From an uncultured Pirellulales bacterium (GTDB lineage: Bacteria; Planctomycetota; Phycisphaerae; Sedimentisphaerales; Anaerohalosphaeraceae), in the NCBI GenBank assembly GCA_964454745.1, contig CAYVUI010000002.1, forward strand, positions 27,643 through 91,642: a DNA stretch of 64,000 bases. The letters run 5' to 3'. The translations under genes and the position numbers were made by a program. Positions 1 to 8,736 of this stretch are shown in pieces. The notes beneath the pieces are model-generated. The model saw only the letters and a program-made list of their open reading frames with translations. It did not search any database and was not told the DNA's origin. Every line of letters begins with the position of its first letter. Positions within the stretch are counted from its first letter, which is position 1.

Positions 1-107
1 GGAAAACACCACATTCCCTTAAAGGGGTCCTGCCCCCGCCGGACCAACAGCACCTCTAGCCGCCCGGAAGCCAAACGGAAAACCGCTGCGTCCGCTGTGA
101 CCATCAT
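1..107 (-). CDS. NUDIX hydrolase, N-terminal fragment (gene continues past the left edge)
   Basis: Hand translation of the - strand from tandem ATGs at 107/104 gives MMVTADAAVFRLASGRLEVLLVRRGQDPFKGMWCF(P..). This is the typical strand plus 'LLVRR..PFxGxWxFPGG' lead-in to a Nudix box. It is truncated, so it is absent from the ORF track. A + frame is also open over 1-123, so the strand call rests on the motif. Confidence 0.5.
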   Translation of the reverse strand, partial: MMVTADAAVFRLASGRLEVLLVRRGQDPFKGMWCF

Positions 108-219
108 TCGAGGCCAGCGGTAGACATATCGACCTTCATATTCCATAAAAAAAGCTAACCAGAAACACCACCGTTTGTCGAATTAATTCCCAAATCAATT
201 TCCAAAACCGACATAAAAA

Positions 220-1203
220 ATGTACAATAATGCGATGGATCGTAATCCCGAAAAGAATACTGATTTTGGCACTGAGAACCACAGCAATTCCTGTGCCCAA
301 ATCCGCTTTCACCCCGCATTGCGGGACTGCCCGAGCATGGTCTCACTGCTCTATTCCATCCTGAGTGACTCCCATAGTCTCCAGGCGTTTATTGAGAACC
401 ATCGCCGGGAAGTATTCCGCAACGCAAATACATCAACCGTCACTCTCTGCACCCTGCCTGAGTCGCTTGAATTCGACAACATTCCGCTCATTGATAAGGA
501 AACTGCACTAAGCGGCATCGTCATCAAGACCGAATCCGTAAAAAAACCGCTGGCGATCCTGCCGGGCACAACCAAAGCCCTGACGGCCCTGAAAAAATCC
601 CTTACCCTTTCGGGCCGCGATATCCCGCATGTGCCGCCGCTTGCCGGGGCAAAAATCGAGTCGCCCAGTGGCCCCCTCTCCGTACTGATAACCCCCGCTT
701 TTGACAACGCCTGCGACCTGTACCACTACCTGCCGAAACTCGCAAATCTGCCCCCCGCTGATATGCACGCAATGAAAGCAGCCCTTGCCCAACAGATCGG
801 GGCCATTTTTGCAAGCCTGCACAAACATCGCCTCCGCCACCGGGATGCCAAGGCCCAGAACTTCCTGGTGATCCCCCAGCCGGAGGCCTCCACTGTGCTG
901 CTGCTCGATCTCGACGGCATCCGTACCAATCCACTTACACGATTCACCCATCTTACCAACGCCATGGCCAAACTCGCCGCCACAGTCATGCACTCGCCGT
1001 CTGTAACAAAAACTGACAGCTTGCGATCCTTGCGGAAACTTTGTACACTGCTGGGCATACCTGAACAATACCGAAAACCACTGGCCCGGCAAATCGCCCA
1101 AAAGGCCCTCGCGTTTCGACTGACAACCATGATACGATCCATAAAACCCAAAACGATAACCACCCCGGAGCTTTCAGCATCGACAAGTACAAAGACATCC
1201 TGA
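220..1203 (+). CDS. lipopolysaccharide kinase (Kdo/WaaP/InaA)-like protein
   Basis: 327-aa ORF. The C-terminal half carries a kinase catalytic-loop-like LRHRDAKAQNFLV and LLLDLDG, as in LPS-core kinases. It lies directly upstream of a GT9 gene. The N-terminal ~150 aa are unassigned and the start is uncertain (ATG 220 or 235). Confidence 0.5.
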   Translation: MYNNAMDRNPEKNTDFGTENHSNSCAQIRFHPALRDCPSMVSLLYSILSDSHSLQAFIENHRREVFRNANTSTVTLCTLPESLEFDNIPLIDKETALSGIVIKTESVKKPLAILPGTTKALTALKKSLTLSGRDIPHVPPLAGAKIESPSGPLSVLITPAFDNACDLYHYLPKLANLPPADMHAMKAALAQQIGAIFASLHKHRLRHRDAKAQNFLVIPQPEASTVLLLDLDGIRTNPLTRFTHLTNAMAKLAATVMHSPSVTKTDSLRSLRKLCTLLGIPEQYRKPLARQIAQKALAFRLTTMIRSIKPKTITTPELSASTSTKTS

Positions 1204-1241
1204 TCATCAAGCCCTCGGCCCTTGGCGACATCATCCTGGCC

Positions 1242-2216
1242 ATGCCCGCCTATAATTCACTGCGGCAAAGCTATCCCTCGGCCCGCATCTCCTGGATGGT
1301 CCGGCCGGAATTCGCATCCGTTTTCGACGCAAGCCCGACACCGGATCGGCTCATATTGTTCGACCGCAAGGCGCTGGGCCGCTGGTACAAGAGCCCGAAA
1401 GCCTTCGGCGATTTGCTTGGTTTTTTCCGCAAACTCCGTTATGACGAATACGACCTGGTGATCGACCTCCAGGGGCTGTTCCGCACGGGGCTGTTTACCT
1501 GGTTTACCGGGGCAAAAAACCGCCTCGGCATGTCCATTGCCCGCGAGGGTGCCCCTTTCTTTTATACCAAAGCCGTGCCGCCCTCGGACCAGCCGCTGCA
1601 CCTGATCGACTATTACAACGAGATCGTCGCCTCGACCGGGGCCGAAAAGATCACGACCGAAACGGACCTTCGCCCCGACCCCCGCGCGGTAGAGCACGTG
1701 ACCAAACTGCTCGAATCGGAGCAGATTCCCGTAGATAACTTCGCGGTATTGGTGCCCTCAGCGGCGCAGGATTACAAGCTCTGGCCGATCGAGAATTATG
1801 CCCGCCTTGTCGATGCCCTGAAGCTCAACCACGGCCTGCACGTCGTCGCGGTAGGTTCCCCCTCGGAAAAGGACAAGCTCGAGGCCCTGAAATACAAGGC
1901 CGACTCGCCGGTGACCAACCTCGCCGGGCGGACGAGTATTCCGCAGTTGATCGCCCTGCTCTCGCTGGCAAAGCTGACCGTCTCAAACGATACCGGGCCG
2001 GGGCATATCGCCTGGGCACTCAAGACGCCGACCGTTTTCATCTTCGGCCCGACCAATCCCTCCCGCGTAGGGCCGTACGGGCAAAACCACGCCGTAGCGG
2101 CGATCGATCCATTTGACCGCGGACCCGAGATCGAATCCGACAATCCCGAGCATGAAATCCACAACGTCCCCCTCGAACTGGTCTATCAGACCATTCAGGA
2201 AACGTTGCAGAAATGA
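1242..2216 (+). CDS. glycosyltransferase family 9 (heptosyltransferase-like)
   Basis: GT9 hallmarks are present: ...DLVIDLQGLFRTG..., NDTGPGHIAWALKTPTVFIFGPTNP. Coordinates start at the first ATG, but the conserved N-terminal strand ILIIKPSALGDIILA is encoded upstream of it (see finding). Confidence 0.85.
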   Translation: MPAYNSLRQSYPSARISWMVRPEFASVFDASPTPDRLILFDRKALGRWYKSPKAFGDLLGFFRKLRYDEYDLVIDLQGLFRTGLFTWFTGAKNRLGMSIAREGAPFFYTKAVPPSDQPLHLIDYYNEIVASTGAEKITTETDLRPDPRAVEHVTKLLESEQIPVDNFAVLVPSAAQDYKLWPIENYARLVDALKLNHGLHVVAVGSPSEKDKLEALKYKADSPVTNLAGRTSIPQLIALLSLAKLTVSNDTGPGHIAWALKTPTVFIFGPTNPSRVGPYGQNHAVAAIDPFDRGPEIESDNPEHEIHNVPLELVYQTIQETLQK

Positions 2217-2659
2217 AACAAATACTCCTTTATACCCTGCTGCTGGTTCCATTCTTTTTCGGGTGCAATGAAAACGCTGCTTCAAAACAGCGAGAAGTTC
2301 TTGCAAAAATCACCGGGGACCGTAGTTTATATGACCCCCTCCAAACTGGCACAGTTATAACAGATTGGCAAATGATTTCTGAAACGATCACAATTAAAAC
2401 AGACATGACCTATCTCTGGCATTTTTTTATTAGATCCAATTCAAAGGGCGAACAACTTTTTGAAGAATATGAGTACACAGGCTATCTGCAACCGGAGCTT
2501 TACAATCAACTGCAAAAAGCAGTGAATCACTCATTGAAGTTCAAAAAAATAGACGGGATTCCGACATATAAACATATTCGCCTTGATGACTCTTTCACAC
2601 AAAATCCCAAAGTAGTAGATGAATTACTTGATTATCTTTACAGCAGTCACATCAGATAA
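2213..2659 (+). CDS. hypothetical lipoprotein
   Basis: MKQILLYTLLLVPFFFGC is a signal peptide with a lipobox Cys. ATGA overlap with the GT9 stop. Visibly more AT-rich than its neighbours. Confidence 0.6.
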   Translation: MKQILLYTLLLVPFFFGCNENAASKQREVLAKITGDRSLYDPLQTGTVITDWQMISETITIKTDMTYLWHFFIRSNSKGEQLFEEYEYTGYLQPELYNQLQKAVNHSLKFKKIDGIPTYKHIRLDDSFTQNPKVVDELLDYLYSSHIR

Positions 2660-2674
2660 TTTTTATTAGGGATT

Positions 2675-3589
2675 TTACTGTATCAATGCAGCACGAATGG
2701 CATCCTGTGCCTGAGGGTGGGTAAACTCAAATCCCGCATCCATGAGCCTGTGCGGGGTTACCCGCTGGCTGGCAAGGAAGACCTCGTTTGCCATTTCACC
2801 AAACAACATCGCCAGCACAAAACCCGGCATCCCCGCCCAGCAGGGCCGGCGCATTTCCCTGCCCACGGTTTGAAAGAACTCCCTGTTCATAGCGGGATAC
2901 GGCGCGGTAAGGTTATAAACACCCCTGCAATCCTGCCTCTCGATCAAAAACTGTATCGCCCGCACCTCGTCGATCAGGCTGATCCAGGACATCCACTGCC
3001 TGCCCCCGTCAAGCCAGCCGCCCATAAAGAAACGAAACGGCAGGATCATCTTCTCAAAACCCCCGCCCTTAGCACCAATCACAAAGCCTGTACGAACCAC
3101 CACCGGCCGCACGCCCATCGCCTCGATCCTGTGAGCAAAGCCTTCCACATCCCGGCAGACCCCAGGCAAAAAACCCTCACCGGTGCTGCTGTTCTCATCG
3201 AGCAGTTCATCCCCTCGCGTTCCGTAAAAACCCACCGCGGACGACAGCACAAACACACCCGGCTTATTTGTACAGCTTTGGACCGCATCAAAAAGGGCCT
3301 GCGTGGAATCGATCCGGCTGGAAAGGATTTTCTGCTTGAGTTCATCCGTCCACCGCGCCGAGCCGATATTCACCCCGGCAAGGTTCACCACCGCATCCGC
3401 ACCCTCGAGGCACTTTTGCCACGGGCCGGGGCTCTTTGCGTCCCACTCTATTACCTCTACAGCATCGCCCAGGATACTCCTGCCCTTTTCAATATCGCGG
3501 CTCAGCGCGATTACCTCGTGCTCCCCGGCCAGATGCCCGCAAAGCGCCTTGCCGATAAATCCCGTTCCGCCTGCAATGACAATCTTCAT
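2675..3589 (-). CDS. TIGR01777/YfcH-type epimerase family protein (SDR with DUF1731-like C-terminus)
   Basis: MKIVIAGGTGFIGKAL Rossmann start, ADAVVNLAGVNIGSARWT, C-terminal SQRVTPHRLMDAGFEF. Confidence 0.85.
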   Translation of the reverse strand: MKIVIAGGTGFIGKALCGHLAGEHEVIALSRDIEKGRSILGDAVEVIEWDAKSPGPWQKCLEGADAVVNLAGVNIGSARWTDELKQKILSSRIDSTQALFDAVQSCTNKPGVFVLSSAVGFYGTRGDELLDENSSTGEGFLPGVCRDVEGFAHRIEAMGVRPVVVRTGFVIGAKGGGFEKMILPFRFFMGGWLDGGRQWMSWISLIDEVRAIQFLIERQDCRGVYNLTAPYPAMNREFFQTVGREMRRPCWAGMPGFVLAMLFGEMANEVFLASQRVTPHRLMDAGFEFTHPQAQDAIRAALIQ

Positions 3590-3607
3590 ACTGTCCCCTT
3601 TTTTCCT

Positions 3608-5251
3608 CTAAAACTTCCGATCCAGCTTGCGGTAACTGATCGCCTCGGCGATATGTTCGGGGGCGATCTTTTCCCGTCCCTCCAGGTCCGCAATCGTCCG
3701 GGCGACCTTGCAGATCTTGTCATGTGCCCTCGCGCTTAATGCAAATTCGGCCATTGCCTGCTTTAACAACCCCTGACCGGCCAGATCCAGCCCGCAGTAC
3801 TGCTGTACCTGCCGATGGCTCATCGTCGCGTTGGTCTGCACCTTTGCCCTGCCGAACCGCCGGGTCTGGATATCACGCACCTTTTCGACCTGCCCGCGAA
3901 TCTCCCGGGATTCCTGCCCCTTTTCCCGGCTGCGGAGCTTCTCAAACGTCACCGAAGGCACATCTACGTGGATATCGATCCGGTCCATCAGCGGCCCGCT
4001 GATCTTGGACATATACCGCTCGATCTGGTTGGGGGTACATCGGCACCGCTTCATATCCGAGCCGAAATACCCGCACGGGCACGGATTCATCGCCGCAACG
4101 AGCATAAACTGGGCCGGAAACGTCAGCGTCCCCTTGGCCCGCGAGATCGTCACCGTGCCGTCTTCGAGCGGCTGGCGGATCATCTCGAGGATATTCCGCG
4201 GAAACTCGGCAAATTCGTCCAAAAACAGGATGCCGTGATGCGACAAACTCAGTTCCCCGGGCCTTGGCATCGTACCACCGCCGACCAGCGAGGGCCCGCT
4301 TGCGGTATGGTGAGGCGACCGAACCGGGCGTTTTACCACCAGCGGATGTTCGCTTTTGACCAACCCAACCGAGGAATACACCCGCGTCGTCTCGAGGCTC
4401 TCCTCCAGTGTAAGCGAGGGCAAAATTGTCGCCAACCGCTGGCTGAGCATCGTTTTGCCCGCCCCCGGCGGGCCGATCATCATTACATTGTGCCCCCCGG
4501 CCGCGGCGATAATCAGGGCCCGCTTGACGGATTCCTGCCCTTTCACATCCGAAAAGTCGATCTCATACTTCGATTCCATATCGAATATCTGCCCGAGGTC
4601 CACCTGGCACGGCTCCGCGGGCAATTGCCCCGCAATCAGCCCGACCGCCTGGGACAAGCTGCCGACCCCATAGACCTCAATTCCCTGCACCACAGCGGCC
4701 TCGTTAGCGTTTTCCATCGGGACGATCAAACGCGAAAATCCCTTCGCTGCCGCGGCCATCGCCATGCTTAATACGCCGTTTACCCGCCGAACCCGGCCAT
4801 CAAGGGCCAGTTCCCCCACGATCACAGTATCCTTTAGATTAAGCCCCTCAAAACCGCCCTCATCATCCAAATCCAGCCCGCCGGCCGGCTGGGTGGGCAA
4901 AAAACCGCTTTGTTTCCCTTTTGAGCCTGCCCCGCTGACCTGAACGGCCCCTCCAGCACCTTCAAATACATTCTCAGCCCGCAAAATTCCCAAACCAATC
5001 GCCAGGTCAAATCCCGCGCCCTCCTTTTTGATATCCGCAGGTGCCAGGTTAATCAGCGGCTGGGTATCGGGGAATTCAAACCCGGAATTGAGAATCGCGC
5101 TGCGTACCCGCTCGATGCTCTCCTTGACCGCGGTATCGGGCAGACCGACGATTACCGGACGTTCCAGGGAACCGCTCGCGGTATCGACCTCCACTTCACA
5201 AACCACGCCCTCAATGCCTTCGAGTGTTACTCCATATAACCGTGCCAGCAT
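3608..5251 (-). CDS. comM: YifB/ComM family Mg-chelatase-like AAA+ ATPase
   Basis: N-terminal Lon-like domain (MLARLYGVTLEGIEG...), Walker A MIGPPGAGKTM, GILFLDEFAEF Walker B, C-terminal ChlI-like region. Carries a ~45-aa Gly-rich insertion. Confidence 0.9.
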   Translation of the reverse strand: MLARLYGVTLEGIEGVVCEVEVDTASGSLERPVIVGLPDTAVKESIERVRSAILNSGFEFPDTQPLINLAPADIKKEGAGFDLAIGLGILRAENVFEGAGGAVQVSGAGSKGKQSGFLPTQPAGGLDLDDEGGFEGLNLKDTVIVGELALDGRVRRVNGVLSMAMAAAAKGFSRLIVPMENANEAAVVQGIEVYGVGSLSQAVGLIAGQLPAEPCQVDLGQIFDMESKYEIDFSDVKGQESVKRALIIAAAGGHNVMMIGPPGAGKTMLSQRLATILPSLTLEESLETTRVYSSVGLVKSEHPLVVKRPVRSPHHTASGPSLVGGGTMPRPGELSLSHHGILFLDEFAEFPRNILEMIRQPLEDGTVTISRAKGTLTFPAQFMLVAAMNPCPCGYFGSDMKRCRCTPNQIERYMSKISGPLMDRIDIHVDVPSVTFEKLRSREKGQESREIRGQVEKVRDIQTRRFGRAKVQTNATMSHRQVQQYCGLDLAGQGLLKQAMAEFALSARAHDKICKVARTIADLEGREKIAPEHIAEAISYRKLDRKF

Positions 5252-5470
5252 GAAATTGCCTCCTAAATTCGCTGTGGCCAGCCATTTTACCTGAGATTTT
5301 CAGTGCTTTCAAGTCGGTTTTAAAAAAGTTCTTTTGCCTCCAAAACCTTCTAAATTGAGGCAATTTTCGACATTTACAGCCCTGAAAACTAAATTTTGTT
5401 AAATTATTATTTTTTTTCATTGTCAAAAGCCGAATTAAAACTATACAATCTATAAATATTTGAAATGTAT

Positions 5471-5500
5471 TATTTTTCATTTATGACAATATGAAAAATA
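5471..5500. repeat. perfect 10-bp inverted repeat with 10-bp spacer (candidate MarR operator)
   Basis: TATTTTTCAT (5471-5480) and ATGAAAAATA (5491-5500) are exact reverse complements. They lie ~45 bp upstream of the marR promoter. The AT-rich context raises the odds of a chance match. Confidence 0.3.
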
Positions 5501-5541
5501 AAGAAAACTTTGAAAATCGAAGTGTTTTTTGAAAAATATGT

Positions 5542-5570
5542 TTGACAAGAGAATTGTTTATGCGTATTAT
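5542..5570 (+). promoter_or_regulatory. sigma70-like promoter for the MarR gene
   Basis: TTGACA (5542-5547), 17-nt spacer, TATTAT (5565-5570), 30 nt before the ATG at 5600. Confidence 0.45.
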
Positions 5571-5599
5571 ATTATGTAGATATTGGAAAGTGAATAACG

Positions 5600-6097
5600 A
5601 TGGGACCTGAACTTGAAAAAGCCACTGAGCGATTTGGCTTACGTATGCGTCTGTTTCGCGCTGCCCAGGAAGCAAGACTCGGCGAAGAAGAAGCAATTAC
5701 CGAGCGGGAAGCACTGTTGCTCGAACTTCTGCTGAGACGTGAAAAAATGAGCATCAGCGAGATTAGCAGCGCATACCCGGACCTGAGCGAAAGCACGGTC
5801 TCCACACAGGTAACCAAGCTCTGGCGTGACAAAAAAATGGTGACCAAGACCATCGACCCGAACAACCAGCGTGTTACCCTGGTGGAGTTGACAGACAAGG
5901 GCAGGCAAACCATCGAGAACATCCTCGGACAGCAGAAAGACAGGATGGCAATGTTCTTTCGTGCCATCAATGTAACCGAGGATGAGAAAAAGATGCTCAC
6001 CAATATATTTAACCGGGCATCGGATTTCATGGATCAGCATCTTGGCATCTTGAAAATAAAAGAAGTTGGCAAGGCTTTGGATGAGAGTGAAAGCTGA
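5600..6097 (+). CDS. MarR family transcriptional regulator
   Basis: Winged-helix pattern: MSISEISSAYPDLSESTVSTQVTKLWRDKKMVTKTIDPNNQRVTLVELTDKGRQ. Confidence 0.8.
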   Translation: MGPELEKATERFGLRMRLFRAAQEARLGEEEAITEREALLLELLLRREKMSISEISSAYPDLSESTVSTQVTKLWRDKKMVTKTIDPNNQRVTLVELTDKGRQTIENILGQQKDRMAMFFRAINVTEDEKKMLTNIFNRASDFMDQHLGILKIKEVGKALDESES

Positions 6098-6224
6098 GCC
6101 GGCAGAAGATACGCAGACGGAATGAGTCCGTTTGCAAATGTGTTACGGGATCCCGTTAACAACTTGCGTCATCAGAAATTGAATCAGGAGTTACAAAATT
6201 CTGATTCAGGAAAGGAGACGTATC

Positions 6225-8705
6225 ATGTTAACGGCAAAAAGAGCGTACAATCTGAAAAATCGTTTCCGTCCTTATGTTATCTCCCTGCTGATTCTGTTCC
6301 TGGTCTCGCTGGGCGTCAGTTCAGGTTTCGCTGACCGTGAGAAAAAACAGTCCAGCCGCCCTGCCAAGAAGTCACAGCCTGCTGCCAGCCGGGAATCCAA
6401 GAGCTCTGCTCGAAGCCAGAGTAAAGCTTCCGCACCGGCTCCTGCACCCAAGGCTCCGGCACCTGCTCCCACGCGCAGTGCACCGAAACCGCGAACCTCC
6501 AGCAGCTCTGCATCCAGACCCAGTACAAGGGCCTCTTCCGAGTCCAGGCGGGTCGTAGTTCGCAAAACAAGCCCGGCCCCGAGCTCTTCTTCACGAAGCA
6601 CCTCCAGCCAATCTTCCAGTTCCGGCCGCTCAAACAGCTCAAACTCCACAGGCCGGGTTCGCCTGTCCAAGGAGGCATGGAATATCATCGTAAAAAACAT
6701 GCGAGAAAATGAAAAGGTTTTGAACCCATCAAGCCGCTCACATGAACCCCGCGAAAGAAGCACAAACTCCAGCCAGGCGGACAACTACACGTATGACCCC
6801 ACACGCAACTGGCCCAATTCTTCCAGCGGACGCACAGCCCGCCCGCCGCGCGGCGGAAGCTCGAGCCCGGTCAGCCCCGTCATTGTCTATGACCGCGAGA
6901 GCACGAACAGCTCATCAGTAAACTCAGGAACAAAGACAGGCCGCTCCTACACGGCAGGCGGCGTTTCCTCTTCGCGGTCCGCAAGCGGAATGATCGAGCA
7001 GCGATCCACAGAAATTACCGGCACAGAAAGCCAATCCTCCGGCAGCTATGCACGAAGCAGCCGCAAGCGGATCGTGATTACCCCAACGGAAACCATCACC
7101 TATCACGGCGACCAGATTATCAGCCGAAGTGAAAAAGCCAAACGTGTATTTGTTCCAATCTCCGAGGACCAGCCGAATATCAAAATCCTCAAAGAGATTA
7201 CACCAACCAAAGATCCCGCTCAGCGGACCACGAAAACGCTCGAATCCAACTCCGTGAAGATCGGCCTTGAACAGGCGCCGCAAGCCAGCCCGGTCCGCAC
7301 ACCGCGGCAACCGGTCTCCCGCACACTCAAGACCATCGCGGACGAAGTGGCTCCCAAAGTCACCCAGCCTGCTCTTCCGGTCCTCATCAAGGAACCATCC
7401 AAACGGACCAAGAGCATCAACCTCGAAACCCTGCAAACCATCCAGCGCGATGTCCGCAACAGCGCGACACTGAACAACCCCGCAGCACAAAAGACCCCGC
7501 TGTTTGGCCTGGATTCGATCACAACTCCGGCCGCTGTAAACCCCGTACAATCGCAATCCTCCATTGACGGCACACTCGACCAGGGCGACATCATCGACGC
7601 AGTCAATATCACCGGCGACAACAACATCTACATCGGCGGCGACCTGAACGTCGAAGACGTGTATTACCCCTACCTGCCCAGCCGCAGCTATTCCCTTGCA
7701 CGTCACCTGGCTCATACCAGTGTTTTTCACCCATACTACGATCACAGGTGGCGAAGCGATTATTACCGCTTGAACCGGTACTCCTCCAGCGGCTTCTACT
7801 TCCAGCTCGGATACCATTTTGACGACTGGAACCTGAGCTTCGGGTATTCCAGCCGGCCGTACTATTCCGGACGCGTGGTCTATTACCGCTCCGGCCCCTG
7901 CTACGGCGTATCCTACATTTATCCGAGCTATCACCGCAAGTACGTCTTCTGGAGCGTCGGAGGCTACTGGCCGCGGCACTACAGCTATCACCGCTACTAC
8001 CGCTACGGCTGCCATCCGCACAGATGGTACGGCTGCTACCCCGAGAGGGAAACCGTCGTCAAGGAATACAATACTTATAACTACTATTACAATGATTCCT
8101 CCGCCTCCTACGGCGGCTACTCCGCATCCCCGAGTTATTCCTATTCTTCTTCCGGAGACATCGTCCCGGATTATGACGCCCTGGCGAAAGTTCGTCAGCG
8201 TCTAGAAGCAATCAATCCAAATCCGTCCAGCAGTACCGAGAGGGCCGATTATCATTTTGACCTGGGCGTAGACGCCTTCGAAGAAAAGGACTACGAAAGA
8301 GCCCTTGGCCACTTCAAGGAAGCCCTGCTCGCAGAACCCGACGATATCGTTCTGCCTTTCACGTACTGCCAGGCCCTGTTTGCCAACGCTCACTACGCCC
8401 GTGCCGCTTCAGTTCTTAAAACGGCTCTTGCCAATATCCCGGAAGATTTCGAGACCGTCTTCTTCCCCCGTGGTTTGTATCAAGAAGACGATACGCTGCT
8501 CGCACAGATCCGGCACCTTGAATTAACAATTGACAACGAACCGCTGCACGACGACCATATCCTGCTGCTTGGTTACCAGTACCTTGGCCTCGGGCTCTAT
8601 GAGCAGGCAGAAACGATTCTAAACGAAGCCGTGACCAATCAGCAAAATGCACAAAGTGCCTGGATCCTGCTTCGGGTTATCGAAGAGGCAAAGAAACTTG
8701 ACTAA
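6225..8705 (+). CDS. membrane-anchored low-complexity (Ser/Pro/Arg-rich) protein with Tyr-rich module and C-terminal TPR-like domain
   Basis: AAGGAG RBS 7 nt upstream. N-terminal TM helix (YVISLLILFLVSLGV), ~450 aa S/P/R/T-rich, ~165 aa Tyr/Arg/His-rich, and a helical-repeat C-terminus (YERALGHFKEALLAEPDD...). Confidence 0.75.
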   Translation: MLTAKRAYNLKNRFRPYVISLLILFLVSLGVSSGFADREKKQSSRPAKKSQPAASRESKSSARSQSKASAPAPAPKAPAPAPTRSAPKPRTSSSSASRPSTRASSESRRVVVRKTSPAPSSSSRSTSSQSSSSGRSNSSNSTGRVRLSKEAWNIIVKNMRENEKVLNPSSRSHEPRERSTNSSQADNYTYDPTRNWPNSSSGRTARPPRGGSSSPVSPVIVYDRESTNSSSVNSGTKTGRSYTAGGVSSSRSASGMIEQRSTEITGTESQSSGSYARSSRKRIVITPTETITYHGDQIISRSEKAKRVFVPISEDQPNIKILKEITPTKDPAQRTTKTLESNSVKIGLEQAPQASPVRTPRQPVSRTLKTIADEVAPKVTQPALPVLIKEPSKRTKSINLETLQTIQRDVRNSATLNNPAAQKTPLFGLDSITTPAAVNPVQSQSSIDGTLDQGDIIDAVNITGDNNIYIGGDLNVEDVYYPYLPSRSYSLARHLAHTSVFHPYYDHRWRSDYYRLNRYSSSGFYFQLGYHFDDWNLSFGYSSRPYYSGRVVYYRSGPCYGVSYIYPSYHRKYVFWSVGGYWPRHYSYHRYYRYGCHPHRWYGCYPERETVVKEYNTYNYYYNDSSASYGGYSASPSYSYSSSGDIVPDYDALAKVRQRLEAINPNPSSSTERADYHFDLGVDAFEEKDYERALGHFKEALLAEPDDIVLPFTYCQALFANAHYARAASVLKTALANIPEDFETVFFPRGLYQEDDTLLAQIRHLELTIDNEPLHDDHILLLGYQYLGLGLYEQAETILNEAVTNQQNAQSAWILLRVIEEAKKLD

Positions 8706-8736
8706 CGACAATGATACTTCAATCAGGAGATGAACC

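Noticed and set aside
1-140. GC-rich stretch at the left edge that might be part of a structured RNA (RNase P, SRP or tmRNA), or the C-terminus of a + strand gene (the + frame is open over 1-123).
   Set aside because: I could not find the universally conserved RNase P (GGAAAGUCC-type), SRP (GGAAG-loop context) or tmRNA motifs. The - strand translation gives a convincing NUDIX N-terminus instead. The + frame peptide (…RRTNSTSSRPEAKRKTAASAV…) looks like a shadow.
1141-1160. Possible programmed -1 frameshift site joining the kinase-like ORF to the GT9 frame (A/C-rich run ATAAAACCCAAAACG).
   Set aside because: In the kinase frame the codons are ATA AAA CCC AAA ACG. This does not fit the X XXY YYZ slippery pattern, and I saw no obvious downstream pseudoknot or hairpin. 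An indel or non-canonical start is more economical.
2717-4771. Long + strand ORFs (2717-3739, 340 aa; 3815-4771, 318 aa) antisense to the epimerase and comM genes.
   Set aside because: Their products are Arg/Pro/His-rich with no motifs. They lie in shadow frames of genes that have unambiguous family signatures.
6924-8021. 365-aa - strand ORF inside the 826-aa low-complexity gene.
   Set aside because: It is Ala/Val/Gly/Arg-rich with no start context. It is the expected shadow of a repetitive GC-rich coding region, whereas the + ORF has an RBS, a TM anchor and a folded C-terminal domain.
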